Shown here piece after piece: positions 1 through 8,561 of a DNA stretch of 64,000 nt. This DNA comes from Clostridia bacterium (GTDB lineage: Bacteria; Bacillota; Clostridia; Oscillospirales; Feifaniaceae). The stretch is from assembly GCA_017427525.1 (NCBI GenBank), contig JAFRSP010000018.1, positions 1,684 to 65,683 of the forward strand. Reading direction: 5' to 3'. Within the stretch, counting starts at the first letter, position 1. Every line of letters starts with the position of its first letter. A program made the translations under genes and the position numbers. The notes beneath the pieces were generated by a model. That model saw only the letters and a list, made by a program, of their open reading frames with translations. It had not been told where the DNA came from and did not search any database.

Positions 1-2
1 AT

Positions 3-56
3 CTGAGCATCACAAAGCTGATTCAGGACGTGGTAGCCGAATTGCGCAAGTTTTAG
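3..56 (+). CDS. 3' end of an ORF entering from the left edge (...LSITKLIQDVVAELRKF*)
   Basis: The frame is open from the window edge to TAG at 54-56. Seventeen residues are too few to identify the protein. Confidence 0.25.
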   Translation: MSITKLIQDVVAELRKF

Positions 57-85
57 GGTTCCCATCCGTTCTGACGGATTCGGCG

Positions 86-114
86 TTGATTTTTTGAGCG
101 GCGTATTGTATAAT
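86..114 (+). promoter_or_regulatory. Sigma-A-type promoter candidate for the lar operon
   Basis: TTGATT (86-91), 17-nt spacer, TATAAT (109-114), about 155 nt upstream of the larE start. Confidence 0.4.
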
Positions 115-210
115 AACTGCAATAACTGCGGCAGCAGAAGCTGCCGTTTCTGACGCAAGAAGCGTCGGCAGATCATCTCTTTTTTGGCACCATATGAAAC
201 CGTATGCTTA

Positions 211-256
211 GAAAGCACACAATTCCTCAGCAAAGGGGATTTGCGTGCTTTTTTGA
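211..256 (+). promoter_or_regulatory. Terminator-like hairpin in the larE leader (possible attenuator)
   Basis: AAGCACAC (213-220) pairs with GCGTGCTT (243-250) with one mismatch and a 22-nt loop. It is followed by a T-run (249-254) just before the larE SD AGGTGG (261-266). Confidence 0.3.
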
Positions 257-270
257 TTTGAGGTGGTTTT

Positions 271-1017
271 TTGAATCTACAAGAATTCTTCCGCGAGCAT
301 CCTGCCGTAGCGATCGCTTTCTCGGGCGGCGCGGACTCGGCCTACCTGCTGTATCAGGCGAAGCAGTACGCGAAAGCCGTTCGAGCCTACTATGTAAAAT
401 CTGAGTTTCAGCCCCAGTTTGAGCTGGAGGATGCACTCCGTCTGGCAGAGGAGCTTGGCGCGGAGCTGAAGATCTTGGAGCTCTCGGTTCTAACCGCTCC
501 TCATGTGAAAGAAAATCCCACTGAACGCTGTTATTTCTGCAAAATCGCGATTTTTCAGGCCATTCTCAATGCTGTAAAGTCAGATGGCTTTTCGCTTTTG
601 CTCGACGGGACAAACGCCTCCGACGACGCAACGGACCGTCCCGGCATGCGTGCCCTGGCGGAACTTTCCGTCCGCTCCCCCTTGCGGGAATGCGGGCTGA
701 CAAAATCGGAGATCCGCCGTCTCTCCAAAGAGGCCGGACTCTTCACCTGGGACAAGCCGGCCTATGCCTGTCTTGCAACGAGGATTCCGACCGGTGAAAT
801 CATCACCGCAGAAAAGTTAGCTGTAACCGAACGTGCGGAAGGATACCTGTTTTCCCTTGGATTTACCGATTTCCGCGTGCGTTGCCAAAACGGCAACGCC
901 AAGCTGCAGCTGTCGGAGGCTCAGTGGCCGCTACTGCTTGCCCATCGAAAAGAGATCCTGACCACGCTGAAGGAATTCTATCAAACCGTTTCCCTAGATT
1001 TGGAGGTGCGAGGATGA
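271..1017 (+). CDS. larE: LarE, ATP-dependent sulfur transferase for nickel-pincer nucleotide cofactor (PP-loop ATP pyrophosphatase)
   Basis: PP-loop SGGADS near the N-terminus, about 248 aa, TTG start after an SD. The stop overlaps the larB start (ATGA). Lies in larE-larB-larC order. Confidence 0.85.
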   Translation: MNLQEFFREHPAVAIAFSGGADSAYLLYQAKQYAKAVRAYYVKSEFQPQFELEDALRLAEELGAELKILELSVLTAPHVKENPTERCYFCKIAIFQAILNAVKSDGFSLLLDGTNASDDATDRPGMRALAELSVRSPLRECGLTKSEIRRLSKEAGLFTWDKPAYACLATRIPTGEIITAEKLAVTERAEGYLFSLGFTDFRVRCQNGNAKLQLSEAQWPLLLAHRKEILTTLKEFYQTVSLDLEVRG

Positions 1018-1766
1018 ATGAGGATATTCTGACACTGCTGGAGAAGGTCCGCGACAGAACTGTTTCCGTGGAAGACGCCCTGCTGAAGCTCAAAACAAAG
1101 CCCTTTGAGGACATCGGCTATGCCAAGGTGGATCTGCATCGAAAGCTGCGTCAAGGCACGGCAGAGGTGGTCTTCGGCGCAGGAAAAACGCCGGAGCAGA
1201 TCATCGGAATCATCGACGCCATGCAGAAAAACGGGCAGACGGTCATTTTGATCACCCGTCTCTCCGAGGAAGCTGCCCGCGAGGTGGAAAAGGTTCATCC
1301 GCTGCGCTATGAGAAAGCAGCTCGCTGCGGAATCGTCGGCCAGCCGCCGCCTCCCGACGGGATCGGGAAAATCGTGATCGCAACGGGTGGCACCAGCGAT
1401 ATCCCTGTGGCCGAGGAGGCCGCTGTCACCGCATCCGTACTCGGCAATGAGGTAATACGGCTTTACGACGTGGGGGTCGCCGGTCTGCACCGAACCCTGT
1501 CGCACCTCGACGACATCATGGGCGCCAGCGTGATCATCGCCATTGCCGGCATGGAGGGGGCGCTTGCCAGCGTGATCGGCGGACTTGCCGACTGTCCGGT
1601 CATCGCCGTTCCGACCAGCGTGGGCTACGGTGCGTCCTTCGGGGGGCTCTCTGCCCTGCTCTCCATGCTCAACTCTTGCGCCAGCGGCGTGTCGGTGGTC
1701 AATATCGACAACGGTTTCGGCGCGGGATATCTCGCCAATATGATCAACCACATAAAAAGAACGTGA
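1014..1766 (+). CDS. larB: LarB, pyridinium-3,5-biscarboxylic acid mononucleotide synthase (PurE/AIR-carboxylase-like)
   Basis: The ATG at 1014 overlaps the larE stop. PurE-like core (IATGGTSDIPVAEEA...IAIAGMEGALASVIGGL...PVIAVPTSVGYG). The listed ORF start at 882 is an upstream extension. Confidence 0.85.
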   Translation: MNEDILTLLEKVRDRTVSVEDALLKLKTKPFEDIGYAKVDLHRKLRQGTAEVVFGAGKTPEQIIGIIDAMQKNGQTVILITRLSEEAAREVEKVHPLRYEKAARCGIVGQPPPPDGIGKIVIATGGTSDIPVAEEAAVTASVLGNEVIRLYDVGVAGLHRTLSHLDDIMGASVIIAIAGMEGALASVIGGLADCPVIAVPTSVGYGASFGGLSALLSMLNSCASGVSVVNIDNGFGAGYLANMINHIKRT

Positions 1767-1778
1767 GGAGGGACTGTT

Positions 1779-3101
1779 TTGCGAACCTTATACCTTGATT
1801 GCGGCATGGGGGCCGCCGGCGATATGCTGACGGCAGCTCTCTTGGAACTGCTGCCCGATCCCGATCAATTTGTCAAGGAACTCAACGCGCTCGGCCTCCC
1901 GGGCGTGCGATTTCAGGCGGAACCCTCTGTGAAGTGCGGTATCACCGGAACCCATATGTCTGTCAGAATTGACGGTGTGGAAGAAGGAGAGGCAGATCAT
2001 CATCACGGTCATTCTCATGACCACGAGCATCATCACGACCATGACCATGACCACGAGCATCACCATGGCCATGACCATGACCACGAGCATCACCATGGCC
2101 ATGACCATGACCACGAGCATCACCATGGCCATGACCATGACCATGGCCACAGCCATCATCACAGCGGTCTGCACGATATCGAACATATCGTGCGCGATCA
2201 CCTTTCGATCCCCAAACACATCGCAGACGACGTCATGGCTGTGTATGCCGGTATTGCCGAGGCTGAAAGCCATGCGCACGGCGTTCCGATATCGGAGATC
2301 CACTTCCACGAGGTGGGCACGATGGATGCCGTTGCGGATATCCTTGCCGTCTGCCTGCTGATGGATCGGCTCACCCCCGATGAGGTCGTGGTCTCCCCCG
2401 TTCATGTTGGAAGCGGACAGGTGCGATGCGCACACGGGATCCTTCCCGTTCCCGCGCCGGCCACCGCCTTTTTGCTCAAGGATGTGCCGATCTACGGCGG
2501 CGCCGTGCAGGGGGAGCTCTGCACGCCAACCGGCGCGGCGCTGCTCCGCCACTTCGCGACCCGCTTCGGCCCAATGCCTGTGATGAAGGTGGACCGCATC
2601 GGCTACGGCATGGGAAAAAAGGATTTTGAAGCCGCAAACTGCGTCCGTGCGATGCTTGGCGAACGCGACGGAACGGAAGACGGCATCTGCGAGCTGAACT
2701 GCAACGTAGACGATATGACCGGCGAAGCCATCGGCTTTGCCATGGAACAACTGTTTGCCCTCGGTGCGCTCGACGTATATACCGTGCCGATCGGTATGAA
2801 AAAATCCCGCCCCGGCATTCTGATTCACGTCATATGCCGTGAATCCAAGAAGGAGGCGGTGATTCAGGCCATCTTCCGCTATACCACGACCATCGGCATC
2901 CGGGAAAGCAAGCTGAACCGCTATGTGTTGAGCCGCAGAACCGAAACGACGGAAACGCCCTACGGAACCGTGCGCCGTAAGCTCTCTTCCGGATACGGCG
3001 TGGTGCGGGGAAAATACGAATACGACGATCTTTCCAAGATTGCCAAACAACGCGGAATCAGTCTTGACGAGGCCCGTATTCTAATAAGCGAACAGGCATA
3101 A
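1779..3101 (+). CDS. larC: LarC, nickel-inserting cyclometallase (single unsplit ORF) with a long His/Asp-rich insert
   Basis: N-terminus MRTLYLDCGMGAAGDMLTAALL is typical of LarC/DUF111. TTG start 7 nt after GAGGAGGG. His-rich segment HHHGHSHDHEHHH...GHSHHH. Confidence 0.85.
   Translation: MRTLYLDCGMGAAGDMLTAALLELLPDPDQFVKELNALGLPGVRFQAEPSVKCGITGTHMSVRIDGVEEGEADHHHGHSHDHEHHHDHDHDHEHHHGHDHDHEHHHGHDHDHEHHHGHDHDHGHSHHHSGLHDIEHIVRDHLSIPKHIADDVMAVYAGIAEAESHAHGVPISEIHFHEVGTMDAVADILAVCLLMDRLTPDEVVVSPVHVGSGQVRCAHGILPVPAPATAFLLKDVPIYGGAVQGELCTPTGAALLRHFATRFGPMPVMKVDRIGYGMGKKDFEAANCVRAMLGERDGTEDGICELNCNVDDMTGEAIGFAMEQLFALGALDVYTVPIGMKKSRPGILIHVICRESKKEAVIQAIFRYTTTIGIRESKLNRYVLSRRTETTETPYGTVRRKLSSGYGVVRGKYEYDDLSKIAKQRGISLDEARILISEQA
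2041..2130 (+). repeat. Perfect 30-bp x3 in-frame tandem repeat (ATGACCATGACCACGAGCATCACCATGGCC) encoding HDHDHEHHHG units inside larC
   Basis: Identical copies at 2041-2070, 2071-2100 and 2101-2130, with degenerate partial copies on both sides (about 2017-2150). Confidence 0.95.
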
Positions 3102-3207
3102 CCCAAAACGCTTGCTGCCGCAGCCTTATTTCTCTCCGCTTTGGGAAGCAGGAAACACGAAAGCGGCTCAATCCCGACCAAATAATTGAGAAAGGACGCT
3201 TTCCCCC

Positions 3208-4803
3208 ATGAAACTGAGAAGAATCGTTGCTCTGCTTTTGGCTCTTCTTTTGCTCGCCGGCCTTTCCGCCTGCAGCAAGACTCAGGAGTCTGAACAAACA
3301 GCCGGCAAGGACAGTCTTGTCATCGCGGTCGGCTCTGAACCAGAAACTCTCGACCCCACCAAGGGCTGGGGACACGGAAACTCCCCCATTGTTCAGAGCA
3401 CACTGGTCAAATATACCGCACAGTTGAATTTCGAAAATGACCTCGCGACGGAGTACCACCTCTCTGACGACGGTCTCACCTGGACCTTTCTCCTCCGTGA
3501 CGACGCTTATTTTACCGACGGAGAAAAGGTCACGGCCTCCGACGTTGCCTTTACTCTTGAGACAGCAAAGGCAGCGCAGGGCTCCGTTGACCTCACCTAC
3601 ATGGAGCATGCAATCGCACAGGATGACAGAACCGTTGTGATCACGCTCTCCAAACCGACCTCCATCTTCCTCAATACCCTTGCCTCAGTCGGCATCGTTC
3701 CCCGTCATGCCTATGGGGAGGACTACGGGATGCACCCGATCGGCTCGGGTCCCTACCGATTCGTCGAATGGAAGCCACAGGAGCAGATCCTCTTTACCGC
3801 AAACGAAGATTATTATGGGCAGGTGCCTTCTATCAAAAACGTCACCGTCGTGTTCATGTCGGAAGATGCGGCGCTGGCCGCCGTGCAGGCGGGAGAGGTC
3901 GACGTGGCCTATTCCTCCGCCACGCTTGGAACCACGAAGGTGGACGGATATCATGTTGTGGCGATTCCCTCGGTTGACAACCGCGGGTTCACGCTGCCCA
4001 TGCTCCCAAATGAGGGGCAGACCACCGAAAGCGGCGCTCCGATCGGTAACGATGTGACCTGCAATCTCGAGGTGCGTCAGGCCATCGCCTGCGCTGTCGA
4101 CCGTCAACAGATCGTCGATTTTGTCCTGAACGGCTTTGGCCGCCCGGCCTATTCCGAAAACGACGGATTGCCGTGGAACAACCCAGAAGTGCAGATCGAG
4201 ACCGACGTGGAAGCCGCAAAGCAGCTGCTCTCTGACGCGGGATGGGCCGACACCGACGGGGACGGCATCCTGGAAAAAGACGGTGTGAAGGCCGAATTCA
4301 CCTGTATGTATCCCTCCGGAGACTCTGCACGGCAGGCCATTGCGATGGCCGCAGCTGAGCAGGTTGCAAAGATCGGCATTCAGATCAACGTGGAGGGCAC
4401 CGGCTGGGATGTGATCATGCAGCGCATGTTCTCCGAAGCCGTGCTGATGGGATGGGGCTCCTCGAGTCCAAACGAATCCTACTACCTTTATCGCTCCGAA
4501 GGCGCCCTGCTCGATGATTTTTACAATCCCGAAGGGTATCAAAGCGCAGTCACCGACGCGTATCTTCACGCCGCCATGGAGGCACTCACCGTGGAGGAAG
4601 CCAACGCCAACTGGCGAAATGCCCAGTGGAACGGTGTGACCGGCACCTCCATGAAGGGAGAATGCCCCTGGGTTTGGATCGTGAACCTCGATCATGTCAC
4701 CTATGTCCGCGACGGTCTTTCGATCGGGAATCAACCGATCCACGGGCACGGCCACGGATTCTCCCTGATTCAGAATCTGAATGAGTGGAGCTGGGCCGAA
4801 TAA
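3208..4803 (+). CDS. ABC transporter substrate-binding lipoprotein, family 5 (NikA/DppA/OppA-like); nickel specificity inferred from context
   Basis: Lipobox LLLAGLSAC, 531 aa, family-5 SBP-like sequence, first gene of a 5-gene ABC set directly downstream of larC. Confidence 0.75.
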   Translation: MKLRRIVALLLALLLLAGLSACSKTQESEQTAGKDSLVIAVGSEPETLDPTKGWGHGNSPIVQSTLVKYTAQLNFENDLATEYHLSDDGLTWTFLLRDDAYFTDGEKVTASDVAFTLETAKAAQGSVDLTYMEHAIAQDDRTVVITLSKPTSIFLNTLASVGIVPRHAYGEDYGMHPIGSGPYRFVEWKPQEQILFTANEDYYGQVPSIKNVTVVFMSEDAALAAVQAGEVDVAYSSATLGTTKVDGYHVVAIPSVDNRGFTLPMLPNEGQTTESGAPIGNDVTCNLEVRQAIACAVDRQQIVDFVLNGFGRPAYSENDGLPWNNPEVQIETDVEAAKQLLSDAGWADTDGDGILEKDGVKAEFTCMYPSGDSARQAIAMAAAEQVAKIGIQINVEGTGWDVIMQRMFSEAVLMGWGSSSPNESYYLYRSEGALLDDFYNPEGYQSAVTDAYLHAAMEALTVEEANANWRNAQWNGVTGTSMKGECPWVWIVNLDHVTYVRDGLSIGNQPIHGHGHGFSLIQNLNEWSWAE

Positions 4804-4818
4804 CTCCCTGCTTCAAAA

Positions 4819-4858
4819 ACGGCCTGCCGCATCCAACGGTGTGGCAGGCTGTTCTTTC
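4819..4858 (+). terminator. Intra-operon hairpin after the SBP gene (possible partial terminator)
   Basis: ACGGCCTGCC (4819-4828) pairs with GGCAGGCTGT (4843-4852) and is followed by TCTTTC. The T-tract is weak. Confidence 0.3.
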
Positions 4859-4938
4859 AAAACGATTCCATGGTTTTCCCCCGCTGAAAGGGCAAATCTG
4901 CTTCTGCAGGGCAGACGGAATTGAGGTGATTTTGGTTT

Positions 4939-5937
4939 ATGAAAGGAACCTTCGGGCGGCTTGTCCGCATTTTCCTCTCCTACGGCGTCAGGATCCTCTC
5001 CCTGCTGCTGGCCGTGAGCATCATTGCCTTTGTGCTTGTCAGCGCCTCCCCCATCGACCCCGTGCAGCAATACCTTATCCGGCTCGGAACCACGGTCTCC
5101 CCGGAACAGCGCACCGAAATCGAAGCCTATTGGGGCGTGCATCAGCCCCCTGTGCAGCGCTACCTTCACTGGCTTTCCGAGCTTTTGAAGGGCAATCTCG
5201 GCGAATCCTCCCTCTATCGCAGACCGGTATCCGACCTGATCCGGGAGCGTTTTCTAAACTCCCTTACCCTGATGCTCTGCGCCTGGGCGCTGTCCGGCGT
5301 GATCGGTTTTTTCGGCGGATGCGTCATGGGGATGTGCCGGGATCGTCTGCCGGACAGGATCCTCAAACGAATCTGCTACATTTTGAGCTCCGTTCCCACG
5401 TTTTGGCTAGGGCTGATCTTTTTGCTGGTTTTCTCGGTGCGGCTGAAGTGGTTCCCGATCGGGTTTTCTTCCCCGGTCGGCGTTCTCAGCGAAAGCGTCA
5501 CCCTTTGGCAGAAAACCCACCATCTGATTTTGCCGGCTCTGACCTTGAGTCTGATGTCGTTTTCCAATATTGCCCTGCACACCCGTCAGAAGCTGATCGA
5601 CGTACTGAACAGCGAATATGTGCTGTTTGCGCGGGCGCGCGGCGAGAATGACTGGACGATTCTGCGCCGCCACGGGCTGCGCAATATCCTGTTTCCCGCC
5701 CTGACGCTGCAGTTCGCCTCTTTTGCCGAACTCTTCGGCGGCTCGGTGATGGCTGAAAACGTCTTCAGCTATCCGGGGCTTGGCAGCGCCGTTTCAGCTG
5801 CCGGATTAAACGGCGACCTGCCGCTGCTTCTCGGAATCACGCTTTTCTCCACTCTCTTTGTCTGCGTGGGGAATCTGATTGCCAACCTGTTATATGGCGT
5901 GATCGATCCCCGGGTGCGGGAGGTGGGCGAATCATGA
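4939..5937 (+). CDS. ABC transporter permease (NikB/DppB-like)
   Basis: Multi-TM protein of 332 aa, SD GAGGTG upstream, stop overlaps the next start. Confidence 0.8.
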   Translation: MKGTFGRLVRIFLSYGVRILSLLLAVSIIAFVLVSASPIDPVQQYLIRLGTTVSPEQRTEIEAYWGVHQPPVQRYLHWLSELLKGNLGESSLYRRPVSDLIRERFLNSLTLMLCAWALSGVIGFFGGCVMGMCRDRLPDRILKRICYILSSVPTFWLGLIFLLVFSVRLKWFPIGFSSPVGVLSESVTLWQKTHHLILPALTLSLMSFSNIALHTRQKLIDVLNSEYVLFARARGENDWTILRRHGLRNILFPALTLQFASFAELFGGSVMAENVFSYPGLGSAVSAAGLNGDLPLLLGITLFSTLFVCVGNLIANLLYGVIDPRVREVGES

Positions 5938-6758
5938 AAAAGCACAACCGCCGCACCAGAGCTTTGCTGCTCGCCTTGCTGACCGCCGCTCTTTTGCTTA
6001 CCATCTACCTGCTCGGTCACCTGATTCAGGAAAACGCCGTGACCGGCAGCTTTTTGACTGCCAGGCAGCCACCCAGCTTTGCCCATCCTTTCGGCACGGA
6101 TGCGCTGGGACGTGATCTGCTGCTGCGCACTGTCAAGGGCCTCTCGGTCAGCATGACGGTCGGGTCGGCGGCCTCTGTCATCAGCGCCGTGATCGCCGTG
6201 TTTGTGGGCATTGCCTCTGCCATCGGCTCTCGATGGGTTGATTCCCTGATCAACTGGGTGATCGATCTTGTGATGGGTGTGCCGCATACCATCCTGATCA
6301 TTCTGATTTCCTTTGCCTTGGGGCGGGGCTTAAAGGGCCTCCTGATCGGTATTGCCGCAACCCACTGGTGCAGCCTGGCCCGTTTGATTCGGGGCGAGGT
6401 TTTGCAGTTGCGGTCTCAGCAGTATGTGGCCGTGTCCCGCAAGCTGGGAAAATCAAGCGGATGGATCCTCATCCACCACCTTCTCCCTCACCTGGTACCG
6501 CAATTCTTCGTAGGTCTGGTTTTAATGTTTCCCCATGCCATCCTGCATGAAGCTTCGATCTCCTTCTTGGGATTCGGTCTACCGCCGGAGCAATCCGCCA
6601 TTGGGATCATCTTGTCGGAGAGCATGCGCTATCTCTCAATTGGGATGTGGTGGTCTGCCGTGTTACCGGGCGCGACCCTGGTGCTGATCGTGCTCTTGAT
6701 CGACCGTCTGGGGGAACATCTCCGCACGATTTTGGATCCCTCCAGCGCACAGGAATAA
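5934..6758 (+). CDS. ABC transporter permease (NikC/DppC-like)
   Basis: Multi-TM protein of 274 aa, ATGA overlap with the previous gene. Confidence 0.8.
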   Translation: MKKHNRRTRALLLALLTAALLLTIYLLGHLIQENAVTGSFLTARQPPSFAHPFGTDALGRDLLLRTVKGLSVSMTVGSAASVISAVIAVFVGIASAIGSRWVDSLINWVIDLVMGVPHTILIILISFALGRGLKGLLIGIAATHWCSLARLIRGEVLQLRSQQYVAVSRKLGKSSGWILIHHLLPHLVPQFFVGLVLMFPHAILHEASISFLGFGLPPEQSAIGIILSESMRYLSIGMWWSAVLPGATLVLIVLLIDRLGEHLRTILDPSSAQE

Positions 6759-6771
6759 GGAGGCCTGCCTG

Positions 6772-7707
6772 ATGGAACAAAAAAACCAGCCGCTGCTTGA
6801 GATCCGTGATTTGTCTGTCTCCTTTCGCATGTATGACCATGGATTGGAGCAGACTGATCTCAAGGTGATCTCCCATTTGCATCTCACGGTTTTTCCGGGG
6901 GAAATCGTTGCAATCGCCGGCTCTTCCGGTTCAGGAAAAAGCCTGCTCGCCTCCGCCATTTTGGGCATTCTTCCCCGCAACGCCACCCTGCGCGGACATA
7001 TGCGCTATCGGGGCGAGGCGCTGACTCCGCAGCGGCAAAAACAGCTTCGCGGGACCGAGCTTGCCCTGGTACCGCAGTCTGTCGCCTACTTTGATCCTTT
7101 GATGAAGGTGGGCGCGCAGGCCGATGGACATCGAAGGCCCAAGCCGACTGAACGGCGCAGGCAGCTCTTTTCCCGATTTGGATTGCCGGACAAGACCGAG
7201 CAGCTCTATCCCTACCAGCTCTCCGGCGGAATGGCGCGCCGTATCCTGGTATCTACCGCGCTGCTCCCGGGCGCACAGCTCATCCTCGCGGATGAGCCGA
7301 CGCCCGGTATGAGTCTCGACCAGGCGCTGGAGGCGCTTCGCATGTTTCGGGAAATGGCAGACGCCGGAAAGGCGGTCATCCTGATCACCCATGACATTGA
7401 CCTGGCCTTTGAATTCGCAGACAGGGTCGCCGTTTTCTATGCCGGCACCACGGTTGAAATCGCTCCCGCATCAGATTTCAAGGCGGGGCCCGACGCGTTG
7501 CGCCATCCCTATTCCAAGGCGCTCTGGCACGCACTGCCTCAAAACGGGTTTCAGCCCATCGAGGGTTTTCAGCCCTATGCGGGGAATCTCCCGCAGGGCT
7601 GCCTTTTTGCCCCCCGATGCCCCTGCAAAACCGCAGAATGCGAATCTAAAATCCCACCCATTCGGAAGATTCGGGGCGGCGAAGTGAGGTGTTACCATGG
7701 CACTTGA
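6772..7707 (+). CDS. ABC transporter ATP-binding protein (NikD/DppD-like) with Cys-rich C-terminal oligopeptide-type extension
   Basis: Walker A GSSGSGKS, signature LSGGMARR, Walker B LILADEPT, C-terminal CLFAPRCPC...C. Confidence 0.85.
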   Translation: MEQKNQPLLEIRDLSVSFRMYDHGLEQTDLKVISHLHLTVFPGEIVAIAGSSGSGKSLLASAILGILPRNATLRGHMRYRGEALTPQRQKQLRGTELALVPQSVAYFDPLMKVGAQADGHRRPKPTERRRQLFSRFGLPDKTEQLYPYQLSGGMARRILVSTALLPGAQLILADEPTPGMSLDQALEALRMFREMADAGKAVILITHDIDLAFEFADRVAVFYAGTTVEIAPASDFKAGPDALRHPYSKALWHALPQNGFQPIEGFQPYAGNLPQGCLFAPRCPCKTAECESKIPPIRKIRGGEVRCYHGT

Positions 7708-8347
7708 GGCGAAACAGGTTTTCTTTCGATACGGCAACCGGCAGCCGTGGATTCTGAAGGATTGCAGCCTTGCCTTTGAAAAGGGAGAATGTCTGGCCGT
7801 TTTCGCGCCCAGCGGTTACGGAAAAACCACGCTTGCCATGCTTCTGGCTGGTTATTTACAGCCGGTCAAAGGGGAAATCCTTCTAGAAGGAAGCCCGCTG
7901 CCAAAAAGCGGCGTGTGCCCGGTACAGCTGATCTGTCAGCATCCGGAAAAGGCCATCAACCCCCGCTGGCGATTGCAGCGCGTTTTGGAGGAAAGCGGAA
8001 ATCTGCGGGACGACGTGCTCGATGCATTCGGCATCGAGAAGGCATGGCTCAGCCGCTTCCCGCGGGAGCTCTCCGGCGGGGAACTGCAGCGTTTCTGTGT
8101 GGCAAGAGCGCTCATGAGTGGCGCCGATTATCTGATCTGCGACGAAATCAGCACCATGCTGGATGTGATCACGCAGGCGCAGATCTGGCGTGTGGTTCTG
8201 AAGGAGGCCCAAAAACGCCATATGGGCATTCTCGCCGTGACACACAACCGCCGTCTTGCACAGAAAATCGCAACGAGGGTGCTGGACCTTACCGCATCGA
8301 ACGGTGCGGATGCTCCTCTGCCGGCCTCCTCTCCCCTTGCCCTTTGA
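7697..8347 (+). CDS. ABC transporter ATP-binding protein (NikE/DppF-like)
   Basis: Walker A PSGYGKTT, signature LSGGELQR, Walker B YLICDE. Overlaps the previous gene by 11 nt. Confidence 0.85.
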   Translation: MALEAKQVFFRYGNRQPWILKDCSLAFEKGECLAVFAPSGYGKTTLAMLLAGYLQPVKGEILLEGSPLPKSGVCPVQLICQHPEKAINPRWRLQRVLEESGNLRDDVLDAFGIEKAWLSRFPRELSGGELQRFCVARALMSGADYLICDEISTMLDVITQAQIWRVVLKEAQKRHMGILAVTHNRRLAQKIATRVLDLTASNGADAPLPASSPLAL

Positions 8348-8404
8348 CCGTTTCTTTCTTGGAACGTGCTGTTCTCTTGCACAATCCGAAATCTCCAACG
8401 AAAA

Positions 8405-8466
8405 GAAAAACACTGCAGGTTTTCTTAAGAGCTTTACTCGAAAACCTGCAGTGTTGTTGTTTTCTG
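8405..8466. terminator. Bidirectional rho-independent terminator between the convergent nik-like operon and ade
   Basis: Perfect 16-bp stem AACACTGCAGGTTTTC (8409-8424) / GAAAACCTGCAGTGTT (8440-8455), A-rich 5' flank and T-rich 3' flank. Confidence 0.75.
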
Positions 8467-8561
8467 TCCCACGCGCAACCCGGCGGCAAGCTACATTCGG
8501 TGTGCCCCGCAAATCAAGAGTCCGCGCGCAGCAAAAATGAGACATTCCGCATATCCGCCGC

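Noticed and set aside
882-1013. N-terminal extension of larB (listed ORF start 882) and similar extensions of murA, murG, ftsW, coaD, rsmD, mraZ, the DUF881 gene, sbp, ptsH, the FAH gene and the nitroreductase gene
   Set aside because: The extensions overlap the preceding genes, lack SD sequences and are not part of the conserved family N-termini. Internal ATG/GTG codons with good SDs were chosen instead.
2017-2150. Tandem repeats as a CRISPR array or minisatellite
   Set aside because: The repeats are contiguous with no spacers, in frame and coding (the His/Asp tract of LarC). No CRISPR-like repeat-spacer structure exists anywhere in the window.
1788-3050. Very long ORFs antisense to or overlapping real genes (for example 1788..3050 -, 8706..10511 +, 29007..30986 +, 31566..32741 +, 41906..44002 +, 46402..47457 +, 19109..20215 -)
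   Set aside because: These are typical shadow ORFs of a GC-rich genome. Each fully overlaps a gene with unmistakable family motifs on the other strand or frame. Their translations are low-complexity and Arg/Gly/His-rich, with no SD sequences.
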